Below, in pieces: positions 1 to 42,200 of a stretch of DNA of 64,000 nucleotides. Origin of the DNA: Tubulanus polymorphus. Taxonomy: Eukaryota > Animalia > Nemertea. How positions within the stretch are numbered: position 1 is the stretch's first letter; each line of letters starts with the position of its first letter. A program made the translations under genes and the position numbers. The DNA lies in the NCBI RefSeq assembly GCF_964204645.1, contig NC_134025.1, positions 26,082,299-26,146,298 on the forward strand, in the 5' to 3' direction. The notes under the pieces were generated by a model. The model was not told the DNA's origin and searched no databases. It worked only from the letters and a program-made list of their open reading frames with translations.

Positions 1-1395
1 TTAACTAAGTTCTAGTTAAGGTCTCTCTCTCTCTCTCTTGACTTCGAGTGGGCATTTTTCTGACGTGGCGTCGATGGGCGATCGGCTCCTCGCGAACTGT
101 CCGCGAATTATTGCGAACTAATGAATATATAATCGTTATCGCTATTAATTCAATGATGGAACGTCGACGTGGAAACCGCGACAGTCCGATACGCGCTCGC
201 TTGAAATAACGTCGTCCCGCCGAATAACGACGAACGATCGATCGATTCAAGAAAAAAACTGCCAACTTTCATTAGCGGTGACGCTTTGTCGCACCGATAT
301 CGAGTCGATATAATATTGCAAACGCGTGCCCGCTGATGAAATCCGGCCAATAAGCAAAGCCATTTAACACTCTCCAATAATTGGCTCGAGCAATTCGCCA
401 CGCATCGTACAACGACGATCTTAACTCGTAAATAGCGATATTATCAAAACTAAACTCATAATTCACCCGCGTTATCCATCAATCTTCTTTCATGAAATCC
501 TCTTCAATTTCGACGTGATTGAATCCGCCGCGGAGCCTCATCAACCGCCGACGATATCAATAACACACCAAATATTCATTATACCGTCGCTAAACGCCGC
601 GCTTGTTTCGAGGTGCAGAAATGACGTCTGACCAGAAAACGATAACGACCCGGGCGCAGCGCGACGGATGAGCTAACGACACTATCAATCTTACAACTTC
701 TTGAAGTATGAATAATGAAAGACAAGACATTGAGTCAAGTGATTCTCATCAAAAGCCAACCGCGACGAATCCGATGGAAGTGAACCTAATCACAAGTTGT
801 CGACTAACTGATAGCTGGCAAATTCAATGACTATACCTGAAAAATGTTTCTTTCAGTATCTAAGCTAAGACGAGTCTGTAATAAAGAAAAACCAGAGCTA
901 TTCCCTATTCTTCAAAAAAACGGTTTCAAATTCAGGGACAAATGAATAGAAGCCCCAACACCGGCAACATCCCGGTTACATTCCGAGATTCGCGTTTGAC
1001 CTTTAAATCTCCTCTCCAAAATAAACTCAAATCTTAAACGAAAAAAATCTATAAAGCCAACCAGGCACCGGTATCCGAGCTTATCGTATTCCCTCGACGA
1101 TGATTTCCGAAAGAAGAGACGTTTCGCTCACATGGCAATAACTAATAAGCACATTCCATTTAAATGCCTGATGGCGAATATAAATCAAAAAGAAGATCAG
1201 AATATCTTAGGCTTGCCGGTATAATTCATCAAATTCACCGCAGCCCGACAAATTGATTTCTACCAATAAACTGATGAGTTTGCTTATTCTAGAAAACCTT
1301 CATGATCTCTATCTTTGATTGGCTTCCATGGCTGGAGGAAATTAAGTGGGAAATACACATATACATGTATATACAATATATATACATAATCCATA

Positions 1396-1399
<4 letters not shown>

Positions 1400-1436
<37 letters not shown>
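1400..1436. repeat. (AT)n microsatellite
   Basis: Direct reading of the sequence. Confidence 0.95.
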
Positions 1437-1438
<2 letters not shown>

Positions 1439-2789
1439 TGTGCATCGCTTGTGGTTTCATTGACGCAAACAATAATTGAGATGACGGAGCAAACGTCAAA
1501 AGGGAGCGTGTAACTCATGATGTGCATTACTAAAAAAAACTTTGTAAAAAAACGCGAGTCTATCCTTGTCAGCGAGAGCAAATTGAAAATTACAACAGGT
1601 AATTCTGTTGGGATTGGGTTATGAGCCGACCGCCGGTTAAATTACGTATATGCGCTTCATATTCGCTTCGGGGTGAAAGATTTTGCAACCAATCTGCGGG
1701 AGCACGATTGCCACGTAGGTGAACTAAATGAAGCAAATCAACTTGGCTGATGAAAGTAAGTGCTCGATGCCATACATGAATGCTTCCATTTACTCAGGGT
1801 ACATACAGTGAGATCACCTTCGCAGATTCTTCTTCCGAAAGGATTTTTCTATTGCTTGAATTTTCTTCAAACTTTTTTTCAATTTTGTTGAAACTTTTAT
1901 CAATTCATTATCAAATCAGTTTAAATTCAACACAAACTAGATGCTTCTTTCTCATGCAAACTGAAATTCTCACTCTCTCTCCCTCTCCTCTATTGATTAG
2001 GAAGTTTTTCAGAAAATTCACGACTCTTCAATGGTGGTGTGAATGCTCTATGAAGTGGCGAAGCAATTAAACCTTTTTTTGCGATGAAATCAATAGAATT
2101 TTTCGCAATTTTCATCCAATTTATCGCAACGTAGAATGAACTGTAGAAAAATCGATGAAACGATATCGCAAATTGAACCACTGTCGTGAAATACAGCAAG
2201 GAACCCCAATACACAATCATGTAAATTCACTGATCTGAGACTCTTCTCTAGTTTCAACTGATGACGTAATAAGATCTCACTGCCGTATCCTACACAATTA
2301 TTTGAAGTGGACGCCAAAGCATGCACAAGATGTTTTTCTCAGTTTTAAGGCTACTTGAGCACGAAATACAGTTATTCGCGAATTCTGTATGTAGTACCAT
2401 TGAAATCCGTATCATCAAATACTACAAAGTCGATCCATCAAATAATTCAGGCAACTTCATATGAGAGATTGGTCGTATGTAACGAGCGCCAGTGATAATT
2501 CAGAATAAAAAAAAAGGAGTGAGTAAGAATAGAGACATTATGGGACCAAATAATTTCGTAACATGCTTATCTGAACCTGGATGTTTGGGTCCGACGTTTC
2601 CTACGTCGTTATACACGGAATAGTTATTTTACTGCCGAAGCAACAAGACGTGAAGCATTCAAATTCGTATTTGGAGACGAGCGATCGCGGAGCGACTGGT
2701 GGATATAAATGTATTATTGATCAGGTATCTATTAGTTCCATGATTAACCGCGCGTGTCATCAGCGACCAGTGATAGATACCGATACACT

Positions 2790-3400
2790 GGAGAGAAGAG
2801 AGAGAGAGAGAGCGGGAGAGAGGGCGACGATGAAAGGGAAATATAGAGGGAGCTGTGGGAAAAGAGAGATTGAGAAAAGAAAGTTAGATAATAGAGGGCG
2901 ACATTGAGAAGGAAAAGTTGAAAGGGGTGAGAAAAAACGGAGGGGGAAAGAGGTATGAAATATTGAGAGGTGAGACAGATATAGATAGAAGGGAAAGATT
3001 GAGATAAGTGAGAGGGAGTAAGAGGGGGTGTGAGAGAACAAGAAGGGGGTTAGAGAGACAGGGATTGAGAGAATGAGGGGAGAGTAAGTAAGACGGCATG
3101 AGAAAGATTGAGTCAGTGAGAGGGGGTGGGAGAACGAGGGGAGGGGAGAGAGTAAGAGGGCGTGAGAGAGATAGTGAGGGGGTGAGAGAATGAGGGGGAG
3201 AGGAAAGAGTAAGTAAGAGGGCGTGAGAAAGATTGAGTCAGTGAGAGGGGGGTGGGAGAACGAGGGGAGGGGAGAGAGTAAGAGGGCGTGAGAGAGATAG
3301 TGAGGGGGTGAGAGAATGAGGGGGAGAGGAAAGAGTAAGTAAGAGGGCGTAAGAGAGGGTGGGAGAACGAGGGGAGGGGAGTAAGAGGGGGTGAGAGACG
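2790..3400 (+). repeat. Purine-rich (GA) low-complexity tract containing a ~125-bp tandem duplication
   Basis: Unit starting AGTAAGTAAGA.GGC.TGAGAAAGATTGAGTCAGTGAG at 3083 and 3208, with a partial third copy at 3334. Confidence 0.9.
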
Positions 3401-5870
3401 CGGAGTGCGGATAATGGGAATATATTATACCTTATCTATAGCAATATGTATATGTATATATATACATGTAAAGGTTAAATGTCAAAACACGATTGTTTAA
3501 AGGTATATTACGTCTCATCAGTAGCCGCGACATTTTTCATCAAAAACACTTTTGATATTTACCGAAGTGTTCTGCGTGAAAAATATTTCCCGATTGCGCG
3601 GCGGGAGCAGTAGGGGTAATTGAAGCTGAGCGAATGACGAGTAACAAATTGGATTAGCATTCACGGTGAGCCGAATTAATTCTGTTTACTCGAAACGAAC
3701 GCTAGAATGAAGAAAAAAAATGTAATTGAAACTTAAAGCAGAAGATTGGTGACACGTTACAAACTGAGAATCTAATCGTGATTGATATGATATGCACGGC
3801 ATTTCTCGAAATGTTTCCTCGCGTATACATCATATTCAGCGGAATATTTGAATTTTCAATTTAGCCGTTGTTGTTTTATTGTTCGCTGGGGGATCTTACT
3901 TAAATTACTGTCGAGCAAGAATTATTCATAAGCAAACGAGAACGCTATTACACGAACAGACACGATTTTACTTGAAACGCAAAAAAAACCGGAAGTTCAT
4001 TCATTGTTGTATCGTTCATAGACTGCAGGCGCGGATCCAGGGTTTAAAGCTGGACAGTATTGTGAAGTAAGGGTATCAAACACATCTCTCTATAGGAACG
4101 TTTCACGGCATTTAGAGGCTTTTTGAGAGGTGGTGAAATGTGCCGTCAAAAATATGGTCGGTGAAATTTTGAAGCGCTCTTGAAAATTTAGCCCATATTA
4201 CAAATACAGCTAATACGGCCTGGATTTTCATAAATCAATCCAAGCAATTTGTTTATAAACTCCTTTTCTGATTGAAAAATTTTTTAAAAAGGCAATCGTA
4301 ATTACCTTTTAGTAATTTGCTTTCATCATGTACACAGTATTGAATAAATGAAAGAAAAAGTTTTAGTTGAAATGGATGACTTACCGGATACCGGTTATCA
4401 CACGGTACTACATCGAATATGAAATTATCAGGTACCAGCGATTTTTACGTCTAAACGATAAATCCTGTTACGAACTCACGGAAAATCACGTTCACCCGTT
4501 CACACCACCGCGTGGTACAACAACTAATACGGGTACATCAACGAGCAATTAATCCATTTTCATCGATATATCAACAACGTCTACACACACCACACCACCA
4601 CACACGACGATGTCAGTGAAATACCCCGAATAAGGATTAGCACAAATTTCATAATAACCACCCACAGTTTAATGCCGCCTCAGTAGCGACGGTGACGTTT
4701 GGAATGACTCCGCAATCGGATGGACTCAGTCAAGGTTTGTAAACTGTAAGTCGGTTAGAAGGGCCAACAATCAATATTTGGCTGGTTTGCTATTAAGTAG
4801 TGGCAATATGAAATGATTGCCACGCAGTGAAGAGAGAGACCTGATAAGCAGATTGATAAGACCGAAGAGAGCGAAGTGTGGAATTCTCTTCAGCTTTGAT
4901 GAGTTTTCGGTTCGGCAAAAACAAGCGACCGCCGCTGAATAAATTTCCAATATTGAGAGGAAAAGTTGTAATTTCCATAATAAATCTGATCAACTCATCA
5001 TCAACTTCAGCGAGCGGTTGTTGGGAAAACTGATTCGGCGTAACAACAAAATCTCGGCTATTTTCTATTCAGACAAACAATAGCTGTAACTAGCCACAGA
5101 AGCACGAACGCCGTTGTATCTTATGTCGCCATCAAGACGATATCAGAAAGTTTCCCGCTGGCCGAAATACAGCGGACAAGTAGTTCACTTGTATGTACCC
5201 GGCGTATCAAATAATAACCACTCATATACCCATATTCGATTGAATCCTCAAAGGGGACGTATAACATGGAGATGAAGATTGTGGGGAAAGTCGATTGGAT
5301 CAGCCGAATCCACCTTCTAGCAATATCAGTCGCTTATTTCGTAGTTTCTGCTGTTAGGGCCGTGAAGCATGTATAACAGGACACAGCTTTTATACAAAAT
5401 TATTATTTAACCCTTTGTTGCGATATTATCGTGTTCCCGAATACGCGGACATGAGAAATTATCAATGACATAGCAAGAAATAGATTCTATTTTTGAGAAG
5501 AGTGAAACCTGCATACTATTCAAATAACCCAGAAGGTGACGGAAATAGTAACCCGTATATGAATTCTAAATGTCAATCTTGACAGCAAGGCCTAGTACAA
5601 GAACAAAATTGAAGTTGAACTGAAACACCGATATGTAAGCAAATACCTTCAATTCTCATAAAATTTTGATCAAAATTCAATGGCTTCTCGTACATGAACT
5701 GGCCATACGACGAGATTAATCTATAACACAGAAATTGAAATGAAATCATGTAGAAATGTCCATTAACTATGTAATAATACAGTGAGCTGGCACTGGTTAA
5801 CCTGATACCAACAATCATTAATTAGAAAGCAATGACTATTAAAACTTTATGCTTCAAATATTCACCGTAT

Positions 5871-5922
5871 ATGGACAATATTCATATTGTCCATGAACCT
5901 ATTCATATTGTCCATGAACCTA
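5871..5922. repeat. 21-bp tandem duplication overlapping a short perfect hairpin
   Basis: TATTCATATTGTCCATGAACC x2; stem ATGGACAATA-ttca-TATTGTCCAT at 5871-5894. Confidence 0.8.
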
Positions 5923-7048
5923 GATCCTGTAAATAGGTTTGTGCAAGTTCCAAATCAATTGATTCAAGATATCGGCAAACAGCTTCACAAAAATCTATTT
6001 TTTCCTTCTCGTATTACCTGAGAATTGATCAATGTGTCCACAATATGCCACACATGAAGCAACTATCTTCAATAAATTCTTACCTACGCAAGATATTACT
6101 ATATCGGAAATAGATGATAGAACGGTATTGGATATCAGAAACATTTGAGCATAAATCATTCACGCAATTTCAATCCAAATACGGGGATACGTTCAACATC
6201 GGGGTTAGTTTTCTTATGAATACGGCACATATATTAGCTGATAGCGCTAATAGAAATTTAATTGACTAATGTCAGGTAATAATTAGTTATATCTATGAAA
6301 TGCATCTTCTTTCAGCCCGATATACAAATCTCATACAGAACAGAGAGACAAATCCATAGCACAGGTAATCATTTATTTAGCCACGGGGCTTCTTACATAT
6401 CGATGACAGCTCCCGAACCTATAGCGACATGTATATATATCTACGCGATTCACGATAACAATTTATTCGAAGAAAATCGATTTGAGCAGACGAACACTTG
6501 CAACGCGATATAAAAGCATGAAAGTATATACAACGAACGAAAAAATCGCATCTTCACCGAACACCTAAAGGCTTGGAGGAGAATGCCGCTGAATATGGTT
6601 CAATAATAGCTGACATTTTGCAGATAAATGGTGATACTCGAGTTTGCCTCTGACATAATGGTCGCCTGCTACATACAAATGTATATATGCGTATATATGC
6701 ACGTATACTTTGATGACGTTATCGCTAGAAAATGATAAGATACGATTGAGAAATCGGAATTCAGCCATCAACTTCGATACTTCGATGACGCCATCCGAAT
6801 TGCATCGTCATCAGTTAAGCGTAAATGCCAACACATCGATGTTAGACAACTTTGGTTCGGACAATCAATCCCACCTCCCCGGGACAATCAATGAAACGTT
6901 CGCAATTGACGCCGGCGCTCAATAATCAACGTTAACTTGACAAACGCTACGAAGGGAAGACTGTGAAATTAAAATCACGCTGACGTGACATTCAAAATTA
7001 GCTGTGAAGATAATACCTTATTGTAACACGTTCAATCTTTCAACTTAC

Positions 7049-36223
<29,175 letters not shown>

Positions 36224-39200
36224 CTCGACACCTATCAAAAAAAAATCGAACACGAGAATCAGGCGGAGAATACGGAATCGCCTCGGCGCGCCATAAACGA
36301 TCGTTAGTACAATGGTATTACACTGATACACGGCCGTGTCAACGATTAAACCTTGTTTGATAACGTTCCGAGTGAAACAAAATTAAGGTTTGGGTAAGTG
36401 GTAAATCACATTGGGATGTGTTTCCACTGTGTCATTTCCAAGTCAAGCAGCACCGCCGACATAATGGCGAAGCGATGGAATATACATGACTTGCATTGCC
36501 CTCGAGAACGCGTATCATGGCAAACCAAACATTTTCGAAGCTCGACGTTTTTCATTTTAGTGCCAAAGGCATCAATTTATGTTCATGTATATTCATTTTT
36601 AAAATTTCTATCAATTATCAGAACTTTCCCAAAATCTAGACGCCCAAACAGTAGGAATATGTGCTAAGAATACAGCTTGATGAATGAGTAAACAATCGAG
36701 CATTAATCATCCGATCTACACAGACTTAGGGGAAAAATAGGCCTTGGACCAGATGAAATCTGAGAAAAATTCAACTATAAGGCAATGTTAATTTGAGGGG
36801 AAATAAGAAGGCAAACAGTAAATATAGTTTCTCAGAAATGCGGTAGCCGCTCATTAAACATTCAATGTCATATATAATCTATAATTCAAAGCCAATCTTT
36901 CGCAGGATGATTCGAATGAAAGAACTTTCTGATAAAGTATGAAGAAAGTATGACTCAGAACTGTGTAACGCCAACTACATAAGTATTTGCCTTCGCACTC
37001 TGCCAATAAAAACCATCGCCACAATCATAAATTCAGCAAAAATATTACATTCAAAATACATTTAATTTCCCCTTGGAATACTCTCTACTCCTTTCATCAT
37101 ACTTGCACGTTGCTCCAACAAAGAACCTCGCTGAAAATTGCATTAATAATTTCCGTGTAGCTTGTAATAGTCGCACGAAAGTCGATTTCCAAATGAAAAC
37201 ACATCGAGTCAACTGCTTTTTAACGTCTCGCAATATTTATGACGTCCAGTGAAAGAACGTACGCGACGAAGAGACCAATATCAGTTCATGCGAACCGAGT
37301 CTAGGCACTAAATCATGACTATCTGTCCCGGCTTTAACAATGATCGAGCACGATGCGGCTAAACTAGAATTTCGAAAAAAAAAAAAATTGCCTCGTACAC
37401 ACGCTGCCAAAAGCTGAATGGACCATCTCCAGTTTCAGATCATGCTCGCCGGTGAATGTAATACCTGACATTATAGCAACTATTGAGCTGAAAACAAAAT
37501 GTATAAATCTAATCTACGAAGATGTATCTCGGTGGCACTGGCAAATAGTTCCCGGTAGCGAGAAAACTAAGTGCATCAAAATTACTGGTAACAGCAATGG
37601 GATAATGGAAACCCATTACCCGCTACCATGAGACTGATTTTTTCTTAAGTCGCACGATGATCTCGGGTAACGTCTTTTTTTTATAGATGGTGATCAAAAT
37701 CGTTTCAATCGATTCGAATTTCATTTTTTTCAAACATCAAGAAACGATTTCGAAATTTCTAATCATCGTAAACAGGTTTTGATGGGTTTGATGAGCTGTC
37801 GGCGTAGATGTGTAAATATTGCACGCTATCGAGTACGATTCCCGATTGTTATGGTCGGTCAAATTAAGACATGACGCGAATGAAATGAAGTCAACGCCGT
37901 CGATAAAGGTACCAATTACACTCGACCTGGTTACAATGGGTATGACAGTCACGTAGACTTTCTTTACGTTCTCGCTTCACTTGGAAATGATGCGGACAAT
38001 TCCATCTAGTATACGAAGCATGATTGGGATAGGTTCAGAATTGAAGCGTCGGCCCAACTCGTCAAACTGCAAGGTCTACGCAGCGCGGCATCGGCAGACA
38101 GAAAATCTATAATGCCTAAATCAGCTGCCGAATATGTATATACGATATATAAATATATGCCAAAATTCGTAAGTAAGAAACGCATTTCCCATCGCAGATT
38201 CATTTTCTAGGCAAGATGAGAGAAGTTCCTGGCTGGGGCAGATATCGGATAGCATTGGATCTATCTGTATACAGCCTCCCGCGTATATAATCGCATACAT
38301 GCAACCTGTTGTCCATCGCTGCATAAAAAAGCAATTTCGCCTGAAGCGAATAACGCTGCCTGGCGGAGTCCCGTATCGACTCGTTTTCGATCGATAAGTA
38401 TCCTTTTTCAAGTTTCGGTAACGGCCTCGTCGGAAGGAACGCCTCTTGATTTCCTACGAGGATACGAAGTCGTCGGATTGCGTTCGCGATCGAATTTCCG
38501 TGAAAAATTGGAGTGTTTTACATTATAATCGAAATTCAATTTCAGCCTCGAGCCACGCGCGCGCGCGTCCCGCATCGGTTCGGGTCTCGGAGCTGATGCG
38601 TTCTTTTGACGGGACAAACACCGACGAATAATCGGATTGAGTTAAATCATTGCGCAAACAAATCCCCGAAGGAATCAGCGACTGGCGTCCCAACAGTTGT
38701 ATTTTAAGTAGCAGAAACGAAATCGATGCCGCGGCAAGTCTCGTTTATTTGCCACGAGAATCTAACGAGACCGAGCACCGGCGTAAGTAGGAGAAGTATG
38801 CAATGACGAAGGATCATTCATCAAGACTAGAAGTGCCGTTTCGCCCGTTTTTGCAACATGTCGAAGCGATACGTCTCAGGCGAAATCTTGTTCAGTCTCC
38901 GTTCGCGTGACGGTTCCTCGAAACGAGATAAATACACCGCCGAACACAACGCACAACGACTCGAGTCGAGCACAAATCATTCGAATCAATTTCACAACCG
39001 AAGTTAATCATAAAAGCAGCTGCTATTGAATCAATAGCATGTATATACATATACATCATTGAGACGAATCAACAGTAACGACTGATACATCGGTAATTCA
39101 ACACCGAACTGTTTTAATTAGCGTTAACCCAATCAAAAATATCTGGACAATCGTATAAAGCCTATAGAAACCTGCGATTAAATATCCACTATCAGTCCTG

Positions 39201-42200
39201 TGATCCTGATGTTTCCGGTCCATCTTCAGCACAGTTTACTCAGAATTGGAATCAACTCATTTTGTATGAACTCTGATGATCGGGGTAGAAGCATTTTACC
39301 CTAAAATTCAGCATCACAGAGCTTACAGTTGTTAGACAATCTCCTGAAAATGTAATATACACCCCGAAATAGGCCTACATCGGCTGAGTTGATTAAACAA
39401 AACACCACACATATATACATATAATCAATGATTATGACGGCCCCAGCAGATAATAAAACCATTTGTATCATTACAGTAGTGTATCAGTCGCATACATAAT
39501 AACCGGCAATAATGGCCGGCAAATCTCAAGGGGACCAGGGCTAAAGTGGCGGTACCATATATACAAAACGGAGGTATATGATATAATACGACTATCCCAG
39601 AATCTCTCTGGATACCTCGGTGAAGTCATAGGATTAATGCATATTTTAAACAAATCCATCATAACCTCACGCGCGATATCGAAGGCAAGGCCATCCAAGC
39701 CTGAAATTATTTCGGTAGATTTGGCCGGATGCCCCTCGGTACGTGGTGATTAAGTCAGTTAATTGCGAAATATGCATCTAATCGATGGCCAAACATCTAC
39801 ACAATATGCGGGGTAATTGCAGAGAAGCTTTTTACGCCGAATCCGACGGGATCAACGGAAATGACTGCACATGTTGTGCAGCATGCCGAGACGGGAAATT
39901 ACTTTCTATAAGCAATTTTTATTATATTAATAAACACAAGAAATATAGCCGCGGTTCATTGTGTTTCGTGAATAATTAATCCGGGTGCAAGAGAAACCAG
40001 ATGCAAAAATTCAATTACCAGTAAGTCTACTACGATCATCAACGCTCCAAATTGCTTAACAGAAGAGCAGCGATCCACCTAGGCAGAAATTTGATTTATG
40101 GCGTTCATTTATCAAGCAAGGTATATGTTTGAATTCGTCGATCAAGGTTTGGATATTCGTACACGCTCACAAACAAGATCTCATATTCAAACAACACTTC
40201 ATTACACCTGATCAATCATCTGAAATCTAAGGCAGTAGGACCATCCACGCTCGTTGCCCACTACATCCTCGGCACTCGATCTACTAATTACTTGCACTGG
40301 ACTCTCAATTGTTTTCTCGACAACGCATAAAATAGTGGGGCGTATGGACTGGTTACATCGATTAAAACGTTTAGTGTCGATGTATAACGACACCACGCCA
40401 CTGCCCAGTTGACTCAGTCAATGCATTCGATACGTACCAATGATGCAGTACTGCGACTACTGTGAGACTGCCACAATATGACTAGAATATGACCACTTAA
40501 AACCAGCAGATAAGTAGACCAGAGCAATCGAGAAGAATCACCCGATATAAGATTTCGATGGTCTTATTGTTAATAGACGGAGAATGATTTCCTGTAAGAT
40601 TAGACATCATCAATTTCAAACCGGCACAGTGAATTATGCATGACTAGGGATAATATGATAAATGATTGATCTTCAGTATTCTGTAATTATAAATTGAGTC
40701 AATAATTACATTACAACTGACTGCGACGACGGAGGGTAAAAAATGTGCGATTCAATTACTGTTTATTATCAGTGCGAAGGTAATAAGCATGATCCCTCTT
40801 ATTGAAATAAACCATAAAGGCGAAAAAGGCTTGGAAATCGTAATTTCATTATGCGGGTATATTTGTGTGTAAATGCGCGATCCATCTGGCAAGCATGACC
40901 AAGTATACCAGTGCAACAACACTGCTGCTGCTACTGCTGATGAAAAATTCACTTCAAAAATGGCTTTTACGTCAAAAAGATCTATTACGTCTCGGTGTCA
41001 TGCATGCGTGCATTATGAGTCGTAAATGCCATCAGTTTTATTCTGATATTACTCGGCCAAACTCAATTGTCAAGGGATGATTTTCCGATTATTGTTACGG
41101 AATATGAGATGAGCATGCGAGTTTGTTGGAACGCATAAATGGCCAACTTGTCATCAGTATTTATGAATGTCAAGAGGTTGAATATTACGCACAGAATATA
41201 GACAGACCGGGTGCACAAGATATGTCTGAAGTGTCTGCAATAACAATCGATAGATCCTTTTTACCAGCAAATCCAACCAAGATCTTTCTTTTTTTCAAGT
41301 GCGAGGATATATGCTAGAATTTAATAATAGTTGATGTTCATACACAACAATTGCACCTTTGTTGCGGCTTTGTCAAATGGTTGCCACCGATCATGGATTT
41401 CCGATATCGAAAAGATCCATGCAGTCAGAAAATGCCATGGAGATTGGTCTTCAAGATGAAAAATCAATTTATGATACAAGATTTATGAAGGGACTCAAGT
41501 TGTGCTTCCACCAACTGTTGACAACTCACTCTCTCTTTCTCTACTCTCTCTCCCTCTCTCTACGCCTTCTTTCTGTCGATAGTATTTCCTACCAACCTGA
41601 TGCATGATGGCGTCTATATAGTTTATAGCCAAAACCATGCCGCGAATAAGAAACATCATATTATCTGATGGAAAAAGAAATTTCTCATTAATAAATTTGC
41701 CGTTTCTGCGATAGAACTGTTACCAGATGACGAGACTCCTCGGAATATTTATGCAAGATGAAACTCGGATCGCAAACGCGAAAAACAGAATTGATGTCGG
41801 GTTTCTGTAATATCAGACACGCAGTGTAGACACCAACCAGAATAATCTTAACGCGCAGATAAACTTTTTGCAGTCATCAATACACGAAATGAAGATAGGT
41901 ATTTGTACATGATCATGCATAGGGTTTTGCTTCTTTTCTTTGTGTTTAAGCGCTAAAGAATTCATGAAGTTCTTCATTTAACTGCGCAAAATATCGACGA
42001 CGGAAAGTAACTCGATTTGAGACTTGAAAGCATAACTTTTGAGCAATACCATCAGAATAACGAACATGTCTCAAGACCTGATAATCCAACTCTGACTTGA
42101 GAAAGATTCCAGCAATTTTCTCGAGGAAATCAGGTTGAAGGCAAGTGACAGAGGCCTTGATATAACTGATTCTATATATACTTCGCCACATTGACAAATA

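Noticed and set aside
2581-3099. R/E-rich and S/L/F-rich ORFs
   Set aside because: Produced by the GA-rich low-complexity tract.
38399-38407. Second GTATCCTTT (U12 donor-like) on the plus strand
   Set aside because: No plus-strand exon or matching branch site and acceptor identified; likely chance.
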